This document shows positions 31,262-48,792 of a stretch of DNA of 64,000 nucleotides, in pieces. Location of the stretch: positions 6,777 to 70,776 of the forward strand of contig JBKJLC010000222.1 of the NCBI GenBank assembly GCA_046597055.1. Reading direction: 5' to 3'. Position numbers and translations under genes: made by a program. The stretch is from Kofleriaceae bacterium. Its GTDB lineage: Bacteria > Myxococcota_A > Polyangia > Haliangiales > Haliangiaceae. Position 1 is the stretch's first letter; the number at the start of each line of letters is the position of its first letter. A model generated the notes under the pieces. That model made no database searches. It was given only the letters and a program-made list of their open reading frames with translations, and had not been told where the DNA came from.

Positions 31262-32440
31262 TCAGAAGCGGATCTGCCAGCGCTGATCGTAGGCGGCGGG
31301 CGTCGCGCAGGTCCGCTGCTCGACGGGACGCACCTGGTTGCGGTTCCAGCCGTCGACCGACAGGCACAGCGAGGGCGCCGAGAGCGGCGACAGCCGCTGG
31401 TAGGCCGGGCCCGGCCAAGTCGAGCCCGGCCAGCTGGAGATCGCCCAGCGCTGGTTGGTCGTGCCGTTGCAGTGAGCCTGCTGGAGGTCGCGGCCGCTGA
31501 CCGTCGAGGTGTCAGGCACGTCGACGCACATGCCGCTGGTGTCGGCGACGATCTGCGGGGTGGTGGCGCCAGTCGAGCGGTCGAGCCAGAACCGCTGGGC
31601 CTGGCCGCCGTGGCACGGGACGTACTGGATCGACGCGCCCGCGAACGGGCTGCCGTCGGCGACGTCGAGGCAGCTGTTGACCTCGGGTGGCAGCGGGGCG
31701 CGGCCGCCGAGGAGGAACTGGGTGGAGATCCGCACCGGGCGCGCGCCGGGCACCCGGCGCAGCGCGGACAGCGCCGAGATGCGCGCGATGAAGTCGGCGT
31801 CCGCGGCGTAGGGCCGGACCCGGATCCCGCCGCCGGGCGCGACCACGACGTAGCCAACCGACCTGGGTGCCGCCGGCGACGGGTCGATACACGGGATGCC
31901 GGCGTCGATGGCCGTGATCCGCGAGCGGGCATCGGCCATCGTGACGGTGAGCTCGCCGTCGACCACGCCGGCAGTGACCACCGCCGAATTGATCTGCACC
32001 GGCGTGCTGCCGCCCGCCGACAGGCCGACACAGCGCAGGTTGCGGCCGAGCCGCAGCGGCGTCGCCACGTCGATCGCCGGCCCCGGCGTGAGGAACTGGC
32101 TCGCGACCTGGATGATCGCGCCGGGTCCGATCATGTTGATGTGGCGCGCGGCGAGCACGAGCGGCGGGTTGCTGTCCCACTGCTCGACGGTGACGCCGGC
32201 CGGCGCGACGCCGTCGACCCAGAGGTCGTGCACGAACACCAGATCGGGCGCGATCACCAGCGCGGCGTGGCGATCGCCGCCGGCGACCCGAACGCCGACG
32301 TACCAGGACTCGTTCGGCGATCCGTTGCCGCTGTTGAACACGGCGCCCGTGTCGGGCTCGTCGAGCGCGGGCTGGTCGAGGCAGGCCGAGGTGCCAGCGA
32401 GGAGGGCGAGGAGCGGGATCGGAAGGTGGCGATGGTTCAT
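31262..32440 (-). CDS. Lipoprotein with C-terminal ricin-type beta-trefoil lectin domain
   Basis: Track ORF 31262..33328(-) trimmed to the ATG at 32438-32440 (MNHRHLPIPLLALLAGTSAC lipobox). Three QxW repeats are present ('AQRFWLD', 'NQRWAIS', 'DQRWQIRF') with paired Cys. The N-terminal ~250 aa are unassigned. Confidence 0.75.
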   Translation of the reverse strand: MNHRHLPIPLLALLAGTSACLDQPALDEPDTGAVFNSGNGSPNESWYVGVRVAGGDRHAALVIAPDLVFVHDLWVDGVAPAGVTVEQWDSNPPLVLAARHINMIGPGAIIQVASQFLTPGPAIDVATPLRLGRNLRCVGLSAGGSTPVQINSAVVTAGVVDGELTVTMADARSRITAIDAGIPCIDPSPAAPRSVGYVVVAPGGGIRVRPYAADADFIARISALSALRRVPGARPVRISTQFLLGGRAPLPPEVNSCLDVADGSPFAGASIQYVPCHGGQAQRFWLDRSTGATTPQIVADTSGMCVDVPDTSTVSGRDLQQAHCNGTTNQRWAISSWPGSTWPGPAYQRLSPLSAPSLCLSVDGWNRNQVRPVEQRTCATPAAYDQRWQIRF

Positions 32441-32699
32441 CGTGGACGGCGGTAGTGCAACCCGAGCGCCAGCCGCCTGACGGCGGAACTCCTCGAGTTT
32501 CCGCCGCCGGTCACAGGAGGGCCGTGGCGCGCGCCGCGACGTCCCATGGGACATGCGCCAGGACTTCGGGCGCCGGGTGCAGCGCGTGAGGCTCGGCAAC
32601 GCGAGGGCTTCGAGCCGAGCGTCGTCGGGGTCGCGCCAGGACGCGCCAAGGCGCGGCGCCGGACCTGACGGCGCCCGTACTCGATGCCATGCTGCGCAC

Positions 32700-33679
<980 letters not shown>

Positions 33680-33683
<4 letters not shown>

Positions 33684-34405
33684 CCGCGGCGGTCGTCAGG
33701 TTCGACCGGCCCGATCGGCTCGCCCGCGCCGCCGCCGACCAGCTCGCGGCGATCGCGACCGCGGCGGTCGCCGCGCGCGGCGGCTGCAGCATCGCGCTGG
33801 CTGGCGGCTCGACCCCGCGGCGGCTGTACCAGGTGCTGGCCGCGCGCGGGCGCGCGGCGCTGCCGTGGGACGCGGTCGATCTTTGGTGGGGCGACGAGCG
33901 CACCGTGGCGCCCGATCACGCCGACTCGAACTACGGGACGGCGCGGGCGGCGCTGATCGAGCCGCTCGGCCTGGCGCCCGATCGGGTGCACCGCATCGCC
34001 GGCGAGCACGCCGACCCCGAGGTGGCGGCGGCCGCGTACGAGCGGGCCCTGGTCGCCGCGCTCGGGGCACCGCCGGTGTTCGACCTGGTGCTGCTCGGCA
34101 TGGGCGCCGACGGTCACACCGCGTCGCTGTTCCCGGGCAGCGCGGCGCTCGCCGAGACCGCGCGCCTGGTCGTCGCCAGCCGGGTGACCTCGCCGCTGGT
34201 CGGCGGCGCGACGACCCGGATCACGCTGACCGCGGCGGCGCTGTCAGCGGCGCGGCACACGCGCTTCCTGATCACCGGCGCCGACAAGGCCGCGGTGGTG
34301 GCCGCCGTGTTGACTGGCCCACCCGGTCGGTTTCCGGCCCAGCGGATCGCCGGTCCCGATCTGGTCTGGCTGATCGACGAGGCGGCCGCTGCCGGCCTGC
34401 CGTGA
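33680..34405 (+). CDS. pgl: 6-phosphogluconolactonase
   Basis: The ATG overlaps the gnd stop (ATGA at 33680-33683). '[13 protein letters not shown]', '[17 protein letters not shown]' and '[20 protein letters not shown]' are present. Confidence 0.85.
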
Positions 34406-34443
34406 CCACCGTGCCCAGGCGCGCCACCAAAGGAGCAACCTTC

Positions 34444-36003
34444 ATGACGGCACCCGAACCTCCGCGCCCCCTGGCCCCGATCCCGTCGGTGATCGGCGAG
34501 ATCCTGGGCGAGGCGCCCGGCAAGCGGCGGCGTCCCGATCCGATGGCGATCGTGATCTTCGGCGCGACCGGTGACCTCACCAGCCGCAAGCTGGTGCCGG
34601 CGCTCTACAACCTGATGGTCGACCGCTTGCTGAGCGAGCCGACCGTGATCATCGGCCTCGGCCGCAACGACCTCGGCGCGGCGGCCTTCGCGGCCCAGCT
34701 GCGGCCGGCGGTCATCGAGCACTCGCGTCAGCCGGTCGAGCCCGCCGCGTGGGACAAGTTCGCCGGCATGCTCGACTTCATCGGCGGCGAGTTCGCCGAC
34801 GACGCGATCTACCTCGCGCTCAAGACCCGGCTCGAGGCCGCCGCCGCCCAGGGCACCCAGGGCAACCGGATCTTCTACCTGGCCGTGCCGCCGGCCGTGT
34901 TCACGCTCGTGATCGAGAAGCTGCACCAGCACCAGCTGGTCGAGCGCGCCCCGAAGGGCGCCGGTGGCCCGGCGTGCCGGGTGATCGTCGAGAAGCCGTT
35001 CGGTCGCGATCTCGCCTCCGCGCGCGCGCTCAACGAGCTGATCGGCCGCTACCTCGACGAGCGCCAGATCTACCGGATCGATCACTACCTCGGGAAGGAG
35101 ACGGTCCAGAACATCCTGGTGCTGCGCTTCGGGAACTCCATCTTCGAGCCAATCTGGAACCGCAACCACGTCGACTTCGTCGAGATCACCGCGGCCGAGA
35201 CGATCGGCATCGAGGGCCGCGGCGGGTTCTACGAGTCGACCGGCGTGCTGCGCGACGTCATCCAGAACCACCTGCTCCAGGTCATGTCGCTGGTGACGAT
35301 GGAGGTGCCGGCATCGTTCTCCGCCGACGACATCCGCGACGAGAAGGCGCAGGTCCTGCGCTCGGTGCGGCCGCTGACCCTCAACGAGGTCGCCAACGAC
35401 TGCGTGCGCGGCCAGTATCGCGGCTACCGCGAGGAGCACGGCGTCGCGCCCGACTCGCAGATACCGACCTACGCGGCGATGCGGTTCATGATCGACAGCT
35501 GGCGCTGGCAGGGCGTGCCGTTCTACCTGCGTGCCGGCAAGGGCCTCGCCGAGCGGGTCACCGAGGTCCTGATCCACTTCAAGTCGGTGCCGCTGATGCT
35601 GTTCAAGGAAGAGGCCGCCGGCAGCGTGCTGCAGCCGGCGGTGCTGACCTTGCGGATCCAGCCCCAGGAGGGCGTCTCGCTGCGGTTCATGGCCAAGGTG
35701 CCGGGCGAGAACATCCAGGTCGGCAGCGTGGTGATGACCATGAACTACGCCGACGCGTTCCACCGCCCGATCGCCGAGGCCTACGAGCGCCTGCTGCTCG
35801 ACTGCATGCGCGGTGACGCGACCCTGTTCAACCGGCGCGACACCGTCGATCGCGCCTGGCAGCTGATCGAGCCGGTGCTCCAGGTCTGGGAGGCCACCCC
35901 GGGCGTCCTCAGCTACGAGCCGGGTAGCTCGGGCCCGCCGGCCGCCGACGAGATGATGGGCCGCGACGGCCGCAGCTGGCGCGAGCTGGTCAAGACGCCC
36001 TGA
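34444..36003 (+). CDS. zwf: Glucose-6-phosphate 1-dehydrogenase
   Basis: Track ORF trimmed to the ATG at 34444. 'IFGATGDLTSRKL', 'RIDHYLGKE' (active-site motif), 'RFGNSIFEPIWN' and 'DVIQNHLLQ' are present. Confidence 0.9.
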   Translation: MTAPEPPRPLAPIPSVIGEILGEAPGKRRRPDPMAIVIFGATGDLTSRKLVPALYNLMVDRLLSEPTVIIGLGRNDLGAAAFAAQLRPAVIEHSRQPVEPAAWDKFAGMLDFIGGEFADDAIYLALKTRLEAAAAQGTQGNRIFYLAVPPAVFTLVIEKLHQHQLVERAPKGAGGPACRVIVEKPFGRDLASARALNELIGRYLDERQIYRIDHYLGKETVQNILVLRFGNSIFEPIWNRNHVDFVEITAAETIGIEGRGGFYESTGVLRDVIQNHLLQVMSLVTMEVPASFSADDIRDEKAQVLRSVRPLTLNEVANDCVRGQYRGYREEHGVAPDSQIPTYAAMRFMIDSWRWQGVPFYLRAGKGLAERVTEVLIHFKSVPLMLFKEEAAGSVLQPAVLTLRIQPQEGVSLRFMAKVPGENIQVGSVVMTMNYADAFHRPIAEAYERLLLDCMRGDATLFNRRDTVDRAWQLIEPVLQVWEATPGVLSYEPGSSGPPAADEMMGRDGRSWRELVKTP

Positions 36004-36251
36004 CCGGGGACGACCGATCCGGCTCGGTCTGCGAGCCCGACCCCGGAACTCGAGGTCGACGCCCGGGAGCGAGCGCCCCAGCCTCAACCCGCGAGGGTCG
36101 CGTATCCGCAAGCACATGATCCAGCATGCCGGTAGCGGGGCCCTGAGAAGATCTGCTGTGTCGAAATGCTGTCATCTGGAGGAACGAGCGGGCGGTGATT
36201 GCCATTCGGCCGCGCCGGGACCATCGTGCCGTCAACCTTGGGGAGGTCCTT

Positions 36252-37031
36252 ATGATCCGAGCTCTGTTGGCATTCCCGTGCTGTGTCTTCACCCTGCTTG
36301 CCACGACCGGCTGCATGACAGATGAGCTGGGCAGTACCCAGCAGGAGTCCCATTCGTGGGGCGGCTATCACTGGGCACGAACCAGTAATCCGTTCCGCCT
36401 CCAGATCGGAGACAACGTCTCGAGTCAGTGGGACGCCTACCTGAACACGACCGTCAGCGACTGGAGCAAATCGACGGTGCTCGACACGGTCAAGGTCGTC
36501 GGCGCCGCCTCCGGCCGACGCTGTCGGGGCACCACCGGCCGGGTCGAGGTGTGCAACGCCGCCTACGGCAGCAACGGTTGGCTGGGCGTCGCGTCGATCT
36601 CGGCCAGCGGCGGCCACATCACGCAGGGGACGGTGAAGCTGAACGACACCTACTTCAGCACGGCGAAGTACGACACCCCGGCGTGGCGCAACCTGGTCAG
36701 TTGCCAGGAGGTCGGCCACACGCTGGGGCTCGATCACCAGGACGAGAACTTCGAGAACACGCCGCTCGGCACGTGCATGGACTACTCGAACGATCCGGTA
36801 CCCAACCAGCACCCCAACACCCACGACTACGACCAGCTCCAGACGATCTACCAGCACCTCGACTCGACGACCACGGTCGGTGCGGCGACCACGAACACCA
36901 ACGGCGCGGGCGACGCGCCGGCCGACTGGGGCCGTCTGGTGTCGTCCACGCGGAATGGCCAGCACGAGACCTACGTCCATCAGCACGGCGATCAGACCGT
37001 CGTCACGTTCGTGACCTGGGCCGAAGAGTGA
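36252..37031 (+). CDS. Secreted lipoprotein, metzincin-like zinc-protease fold with variant motif QEVGHTLGLDH
   Basis: ATG at 36252 is preceded by GGGGAGG. The lipobox is 'LLATTGC'. 'CQEVGHTLGLDHQDE...TCMDYS' resembles HExxHxxGxxH plus a Met-turn, but the first His is Gln (CAG). Third-position GC is visibly lower than in the neighbours. Confidence 0.65.
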   Translation: MIRALLAFPCCVFTLLATTGCMTDELGSTQQESHSWGGYHWARTSNPFRLQIGDNVSSQWDAYLNTTVSDWSKSTVLDTVKVVGAASGRRCRGTTGRVEVCNAAYGSNGWLGVASISASGGHITQGTVKLNDTYFSTAKYDTPAWRNLVSCQEVGHTLGLDHQDENFENTPLGTCMDYSNDPVPNQHPNTHDYDQLQTIYQHLDSTTTVGAATTNTNGAGDAPADWGRLVSSTRNGQHETYVHQHGDQTVVTFVTWAEE

Positions 37032-37153
37032 CCTGCCGTCGACGCTCGCCACCGACCTGACACCGACCTCCGAGCCCGCCGCCACGTCCCGATGAACAGG
37101 GGCGATCGCGACCGGCGTCGCGGCCACCCGGGCTCGGGCGGATCCAGCCGGCC

Positions 37154-37618
37154 TCAACGGATCACGAATGAGAGCCGCGTCCGCGTCACGCCGTCGAGCC
37201 CGGGCTCGAGCTGCTCATCCGCGCCGGCGACGGTCGCGCGCCAGAAGTCGAGCGCGCTGGCGTTTTCGGGACGGACGGTGAACGTCCACGGGCCCGGGCG
37301 GGTCGAAAACATCGCCCGCGCGGCCGCGTCGCCGACGCCCGCCCGGCGGGCACCGGCCACGACGAAGAACTCCTCGACGTGCCAGCGCCCGCCGTCGTCG
37401 CGTCTCACCAGCGCGAAGCCGAGCGGCCTGCGCTGGTCTCCGAGGAACAGGAACGCCGCGCGCGACGCTCGATCCCGGTAGTCGGGCAGCTCGTCATAGA
37501 CGAACAGGGCGTCCTCGCCGATCGACGCGGGAAGGAGCGCGCTCCACTCGTGCATGTAGAGCTGGAGCAGGCGCCCGAGCCGGGCGTCGTCGGCGTCGAC
37601 CTGGACCAGCTCGACCAT
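37154..37618 (-). CDS. GNAT-family N-acetyltransferase
   Basis: Track ORF trimmed to MVELVQVDADD. 'FFVVAGARRAGVGDAAARAMF' fits the GNAT motif A (R/Q-x-x-G-x-G/A). Confidence 0.65.
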   Translation of the reverse strand: MVELVQVDADDARLGRLLQLYMHEWSALLPASIGEDALFVYDELPDYRDRASRAAFLFLGDQRRPLGFALVRRDDGGRWHVEEFFVVAGARRAGVGDAAARAMFSTRPGPWTFTVRPENASALDFWRATVAGADEQLEPGLDGVTRTRLSFVIR

Positions 37619-37694
37619 CGCGAACCCAGGATGCCACACGGGGCCGGGCTGACACCGGACGGCGCGCGCCCCGTCCGACGTCTGCCAGGTAGTC

Positions 37695-37727
37695 GCGCCG
37701 TCAGCTCCCGCGCAGGGGTGACGGCGC
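37695..37727 (-). terminator. Stem-loop downstream of the giant repeat-protein gene
   Basis: gcgccgtca-N15-tgacggcgc is a 9-bp perfect stem. It starts 24 nt past the stop at 37751-37753. There is no U-tract, so it is only terminator-like. Confidence 0.35.
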
Positions 37728-37750
37728 GCTCGGCCACAGCGCCGCGCCGG

Positions 37751-45547
<7,797 letters not shown>

Positions 45548-45760
45548 GATCCCTCTGCGGCGCGGGCGAAGGTCCAGAGCGGGAGCCGCGTCTCGCGCGC
45601 CTCCCTCCGAGGCACGTCCACGCAGTCCCGCAGCTGCCGAATCCGGCTCGGAGCGTAACACCGCGCGCGACGTCGTCACGACGCGGCGGCCGCGAAAACG
45701 CGAGTGACTGCCGCCGGCTTCGCCGGGTGAGAGCCGCACGCACCGTGGTAAGCAAACGCC

Positions 45761-46534
45761 GTGGTGCCGGTCGAACCGCTCGCTGACGTCCTGTACGAAG
45801 ACGCCGAGCTGATCGCGGTGGCCAAGCCCGCGGGAGTCGCGGTCGTGCCCGAGCGCGACGAGGCGGCGACCGCGTGTCTGCGCCACCAGCTGGAGGCCGC
45901 GCGTGGTGAGCCACTGTGGGTGGTCCACCGCATCGACAAGGACACGTCGGGGCTCGTCCTGTTCGCGCGGTCGGCCGCCGCGCACCGGTGGATGAACGAC
46001 GCGTTCGCCGAGCGGCGAGTCGCCAAGCGCTACGTGGCATTCGCAGCCGGCGACCTGCCGGGCGAGCGAAGCGTGGACCTCGTGCTGGTGCCGGCGCGGC
46101 GGGGCAAGGCCCGGCCGGCGGCGGCGGGCGAGGCCGGGGGCAAATCCGCGGTCACGCATCTGCGGGGCGTGCGGCGGTGGCGGCGGGGCGATGATGTGGT
46201 GACGCTGTGCGAGGCGCGGCCCGTCACCGGACGGCATCATCAGATCCGCGTGCACCTGCGCAGCCTGGAGGCGCCGATCCTGTTCGATCCGCTGTACGGG
46301 AAGCGGACGCTGCGCGGGGCTTACGAAGGCGCGCCGGCCGGGCGGCTGGCGTTGCACGCGGAGGCGATCGAGCTGCGGCGGCCTGACGGGCGGGTGCTGT
46401 CGGTGGTCGCGCCGTGGGCGGCGGATCTGATCGCGCTGCGTGGGTGGCTGGATGGGACGTGGACGGAGGTGGGGACGGAGAGGGACGGGGAGATCGGGAC
46501 GGAGATGGCGAACGAGAAAGAGACGAGTTCATGA
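45761..46534 (+). CDS. RluA-family pseudouridine synthase
   Basis: 'LIAVAKPAGVAVVP', 'VHRIDKDTSGLVLFA' (catalytic Asp motif), 'KRYVAF' and 'TGRHHQIRVHL'. A purine-rich low-complexity tail follows. Confidence 0.85.
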   Translation: MVPVEPLADVLYEDAELIAVAKPAGVAVVPERDEAATACLRHQLEAARGEPLWVVHRIDKDTSGLVLFARSAAAHRWMNDAFAERRVAKRYVAFAAGDLPGERSVDLVLVPARRGKARPAAAGEAGGKSAVTHLRGVRRWRRGDDVVTLCEARPVTGRHHQIRVHLRSLEAPILFDPLYGKRTLRGAYEGAPAGRLALHAEAIELRRPDGRVLSVVAPWAADLIALRGWLDGTWTEVGTERDGEIGTEMANEKETSS

Positions 46535-47511
46535 AGGCATGGGTGCTCGATGTGATCGCGTGCGCGGCGTGCGGTGGCCGGCTGGCCGGCGCGGGGCTGC
46601 TGCTGGCGTGTCGCGGCTGCGGCGCGCGGTATCCGCTGCTGGCCGACGTACCGGTGGTGGTGCCATCGCCCGCCGACTACCTGGCGGGTTATCGCGACGC
46701 GACCCTGGCGACCCTGGCCAGCCACGGCCAGGCCACCCGCGCCGCGGTCGAGGTGGTCGACGCCTTTGCCGAGGCGGTCGGGCGCACCGAGCCGCTGGCG
46801 TTCGGCGACGACTGGGTCGGTCGCGAGGGCGGCGCGATGCCGGCGCCGGCCGGTGACGACGGGGCGGCGCGCGCGTTCGCCGGGTTCCTCGCCCAGGCCC
46901 GCGGCATCGACGACGCGATCGTCCGGCTGTGCGGCGACCGCGCCGGCACCGTGGTCGAGATCGGCTGCGGCGCCGGCACCCTCGCCCGCCAGCTGGCCAC
47001 GCGCGCCGAACGCCTGCTGGTCACCGACCTGTCCCTGCGCGCGGTCCTGCGTACGACCGAGACCGCGGGCATGACGGGCGCCCGTCGACCTCGCGGCGGG
47101 GCGAACCGGGGTGGGCCGCGAGGACGCGCCGCGCCGGCGGCCCGGCCGAGCGCCGACCTTGCCGGGGCTGTCGTCGACGCCGACGCGCTGGCGCTGCGGC
47201 CGCGCTCGGTCGATCTGATCGTCGCGGCCGAGCTGATCGATCTGCTCGCCGCGCCCGACGACTTCCTCGAGTCGGCCGCGGTCGCGCTGCGCGCCGGGGG
47301 CCGGCTGGTCCTGGCGACGCCGGATCCCTCGCTCGGCACCGGCGACGACGACGCGCTCGGCACGCGGCTGCGCCACGGCGGATGGACGATCACCACCGAG
47401 GACCGCGGCGTCGCGTGGGTGCGGCCGCACGGACCGCGCCACTATCAGGTCTACTTCGCGGACGTCATCGTCGCGACCCGGGGGCCGCGTCGCCGCACAC
47501 CGCGCCGCTGA
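46531..47511 (+). CDS. SAM-dependent methyltransferase with N-terminal Trm112-like zinc-ribbon
   Basis: The ATG overlaps the rluA stop (ATGA at 46531-46534). 'VIACAACGGRL....LACRGCGARYPLLADVPVVV' is a Trm112p-like ribbon. 'VVEIGCGAGTLARQLA' is SAM motif I. An RG-rich insertion lies between the motifs. Confidence 0.7.
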   Translation: MKAWVLDVIACAACGGRLAGAGLLLACRGCGARYPLLADVPVVVPSPADYLAGYRDATLATLASHGQATRAAVEVVDAFAEAVGRTEPLAFGDDWVGREGGAMPAPAGDDGAARAFAGFLAQARGIDDAIVRLCGDRAGTVVEIGCGAGTLARQLATRAERLLVTDLSLRAVLRTTETAGMTGARRPRGGANRGGPRGRAAPAARPSADLAGAVVDADALALRPRSVDLIVAAELIDLLAAPDDFLESAAVALRAGGRLVLATPDPSLGTGDDDALGTRLRHGGWTITTEDRGVAWVRPHGPRHYQVYFADVIVATRGPRRRTPRR

Positions 47512-47523
47512 CCGCGCCGGGCG

Positions 47524-47970
47524 TCAGTGCTCGCGATCGGGGCCGTGATCGTGATCCGGCCCGTGGTCGTGATCGTGGTCGTGGTTGCAGCCGGGACCGT
47601 GCTCGTGCTCGGCCTCGTGCGCGGCCATCTCCTTCTTGACCACCTCCATGTCCAGGCCCTTGGCCTTCTCGACCAGCTGATCGAGCGCGGCCGCCGGCAG
47701 GGCACCCGACTCGCGGTAGAGGAGGACCCCATCGCGGAACAGCATCAGGGTCGGGATCGACTGGATCCCGGCGGCGGCAGCGAGCTCTTCCTGAGCCTCG
47801 GTGTCGATCTTGCCGAAGGTGATGTCACCGTGCTTGTCCGAGGCGGTCTCGAAGACCGGCGCGAACATCTTGCACGGGCCACACCAGTCGGCCCAGAAGT
47901 CGAGCAGGACGATGCCGTCCTTCTCCACGGTGGCCTGAAAGTTCTCGAGGTTGATCTCGACAGTCGCCAT
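47524..47970 (-). CDS. trxA: Thioredoxin with His/Asp-rich C-terminal extension
   Basis: Track ORF trimmed to the ATG at 47968-47970. 'VLLDFWADWCGPCKMFAP' is present. The ~40-aa tail is 'AAHEAEHEHGPGCNHDHDHDHGPDHDHGPDREH'. Confidence 0.85.
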   Translation of the reverse strand: MATVEINLENFQATVEKDGIVLLDFWADWCGPCKMFAPVFETASDKHGDITFGKIDTEAQEELAAAAGIQSIPTLMLFRDGVLLYRESGALPAAALDQLVEKAKGLDMEVVKKEMAAHEAEHEHGPGCNHDHDHDHGPDHDHGPDREH

Positions 47971-48071
47971 GACGGACCTTTCGCTGCGTCGGCGGACGAC
48001 GAAGAATTCGGCGGCCGGTTCGCCACCATACTGCGCACGTGCTGGGTTGTCCGCCCGATTTCGGCCCGGTT

Positions 48072-48749
48072 TCAGCCCAGCCAGCGGCGCGCCAGGGACC
48101 GCACCCGGTAGCGCGCCCGCACGTCGGCGATCGGCTCGGACCACCGGTCCTCCCACCGCACGGCGAGCAACGGCGCGGCGTCGCGCCCGACCTCGTACGC
48201 CTCGCGCAAGGAGTGCCGCAGCGCCCCCCAGCGCTGCTCGAGCACGATGTGCTTGACCGACCCGAACAGCACCACCATCGCGGACACCGGGAGGCGCAAC
48301 TGCCCCCACGAGAAGGCGTGGATGATGACCTCCTCGTGGCCGGTGATCCCGAGGCCGAGCAGCACGTGCCAGACGTCATGGGTCTGACGAAACCGGCGCA
48401 TGAGGTACGCCATCTCCTCGTCCTCGACGTGGCGGGTGCGGGCCGCCTGGTAGTCGGCGGTGATGCCGTTGTCGTCGAGATGCCGGGCGTAGGCACCGCC
48501 GAGCGTGGTCGCCGGCGAGCGGCGCAGCGCGTCGAAGTCGACCACCTCGCTCGACAGCTCGGGACGCTCGGCGAGGATGCGCCGCCCCTCGGGATCGCCC
48601 CGCATCCACGCGACCAGCTTCCGGTAGGCCGGCCGCCCGGTGATCTCCTCGACCCGATGGATCTCGTGGGTCTTCGTCGAGTCGGCGAGGACCCGGACGA
48701 CGGCGCGTCCGACCAGGTAGCCATCACGCACCGTGTCGGCGACTGCCAT
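48072..48749 (-). CDS. Coq4-family protein (putative zinc-binding, ubiquinone-biosynthesis-protein-COQ4-like)
   Basis: Track ORF trimmed to the ATG at 48747-48749. 'THDVWHVLLGLGITGHEE' fits the COQ4 HDxxH-x11-E metal-binding motif. Confidence 0.6.
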   Translation of the reverse strand: MAVADTVRDGYLVGRAVVRVLADSTKTHEIHRVEEITGRPAYRKLVAWMRGDPEGRRILAERPELSSEVVDFDALRRSPATTLGGAYARHLDDNGITADYQAARTRHVEDEEMAYLMRRFRQTHDVWHVLLGLGITGHEEVIIHAFSWGQLRLPVSAMVVLFGSVKHIVLEQRWGALRHSLREAYEVGRDAAPLLAVRWEDRWSEPIADVRARYRVRSLARRWLG

Positions 48750-48792
48750 GAGGATGAGCGTGGCTCGCCCGGCCGGCAGGGTCAACCGCGAG

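Noticed and set aside
28087-31500. Plus-strand 1137-aa ORF. Similar cases are 55312..58224(-) 970 aa and 59869..62982(-) 1037 aa.
   Set aside because: They are antisense to the Ser/Thr kinase, the hydrolase-acyl-CoA-synthetase and the large surface-protein ORF respectively. They have low-complexity translations.
45548-46357. 5' extension of the giant ORF (track start 46357). Similar 5' extensions occur for 27940..32031 and 31262..33328.
   Set aside because: The extensions overlap well-supported genes on the other strand (rluA, gnd) or the neighbouring gene, and translate to Arg/Pro-rich junk. Internal ATGs with an RBS and sensible N-termini or signal peptides were used instead.
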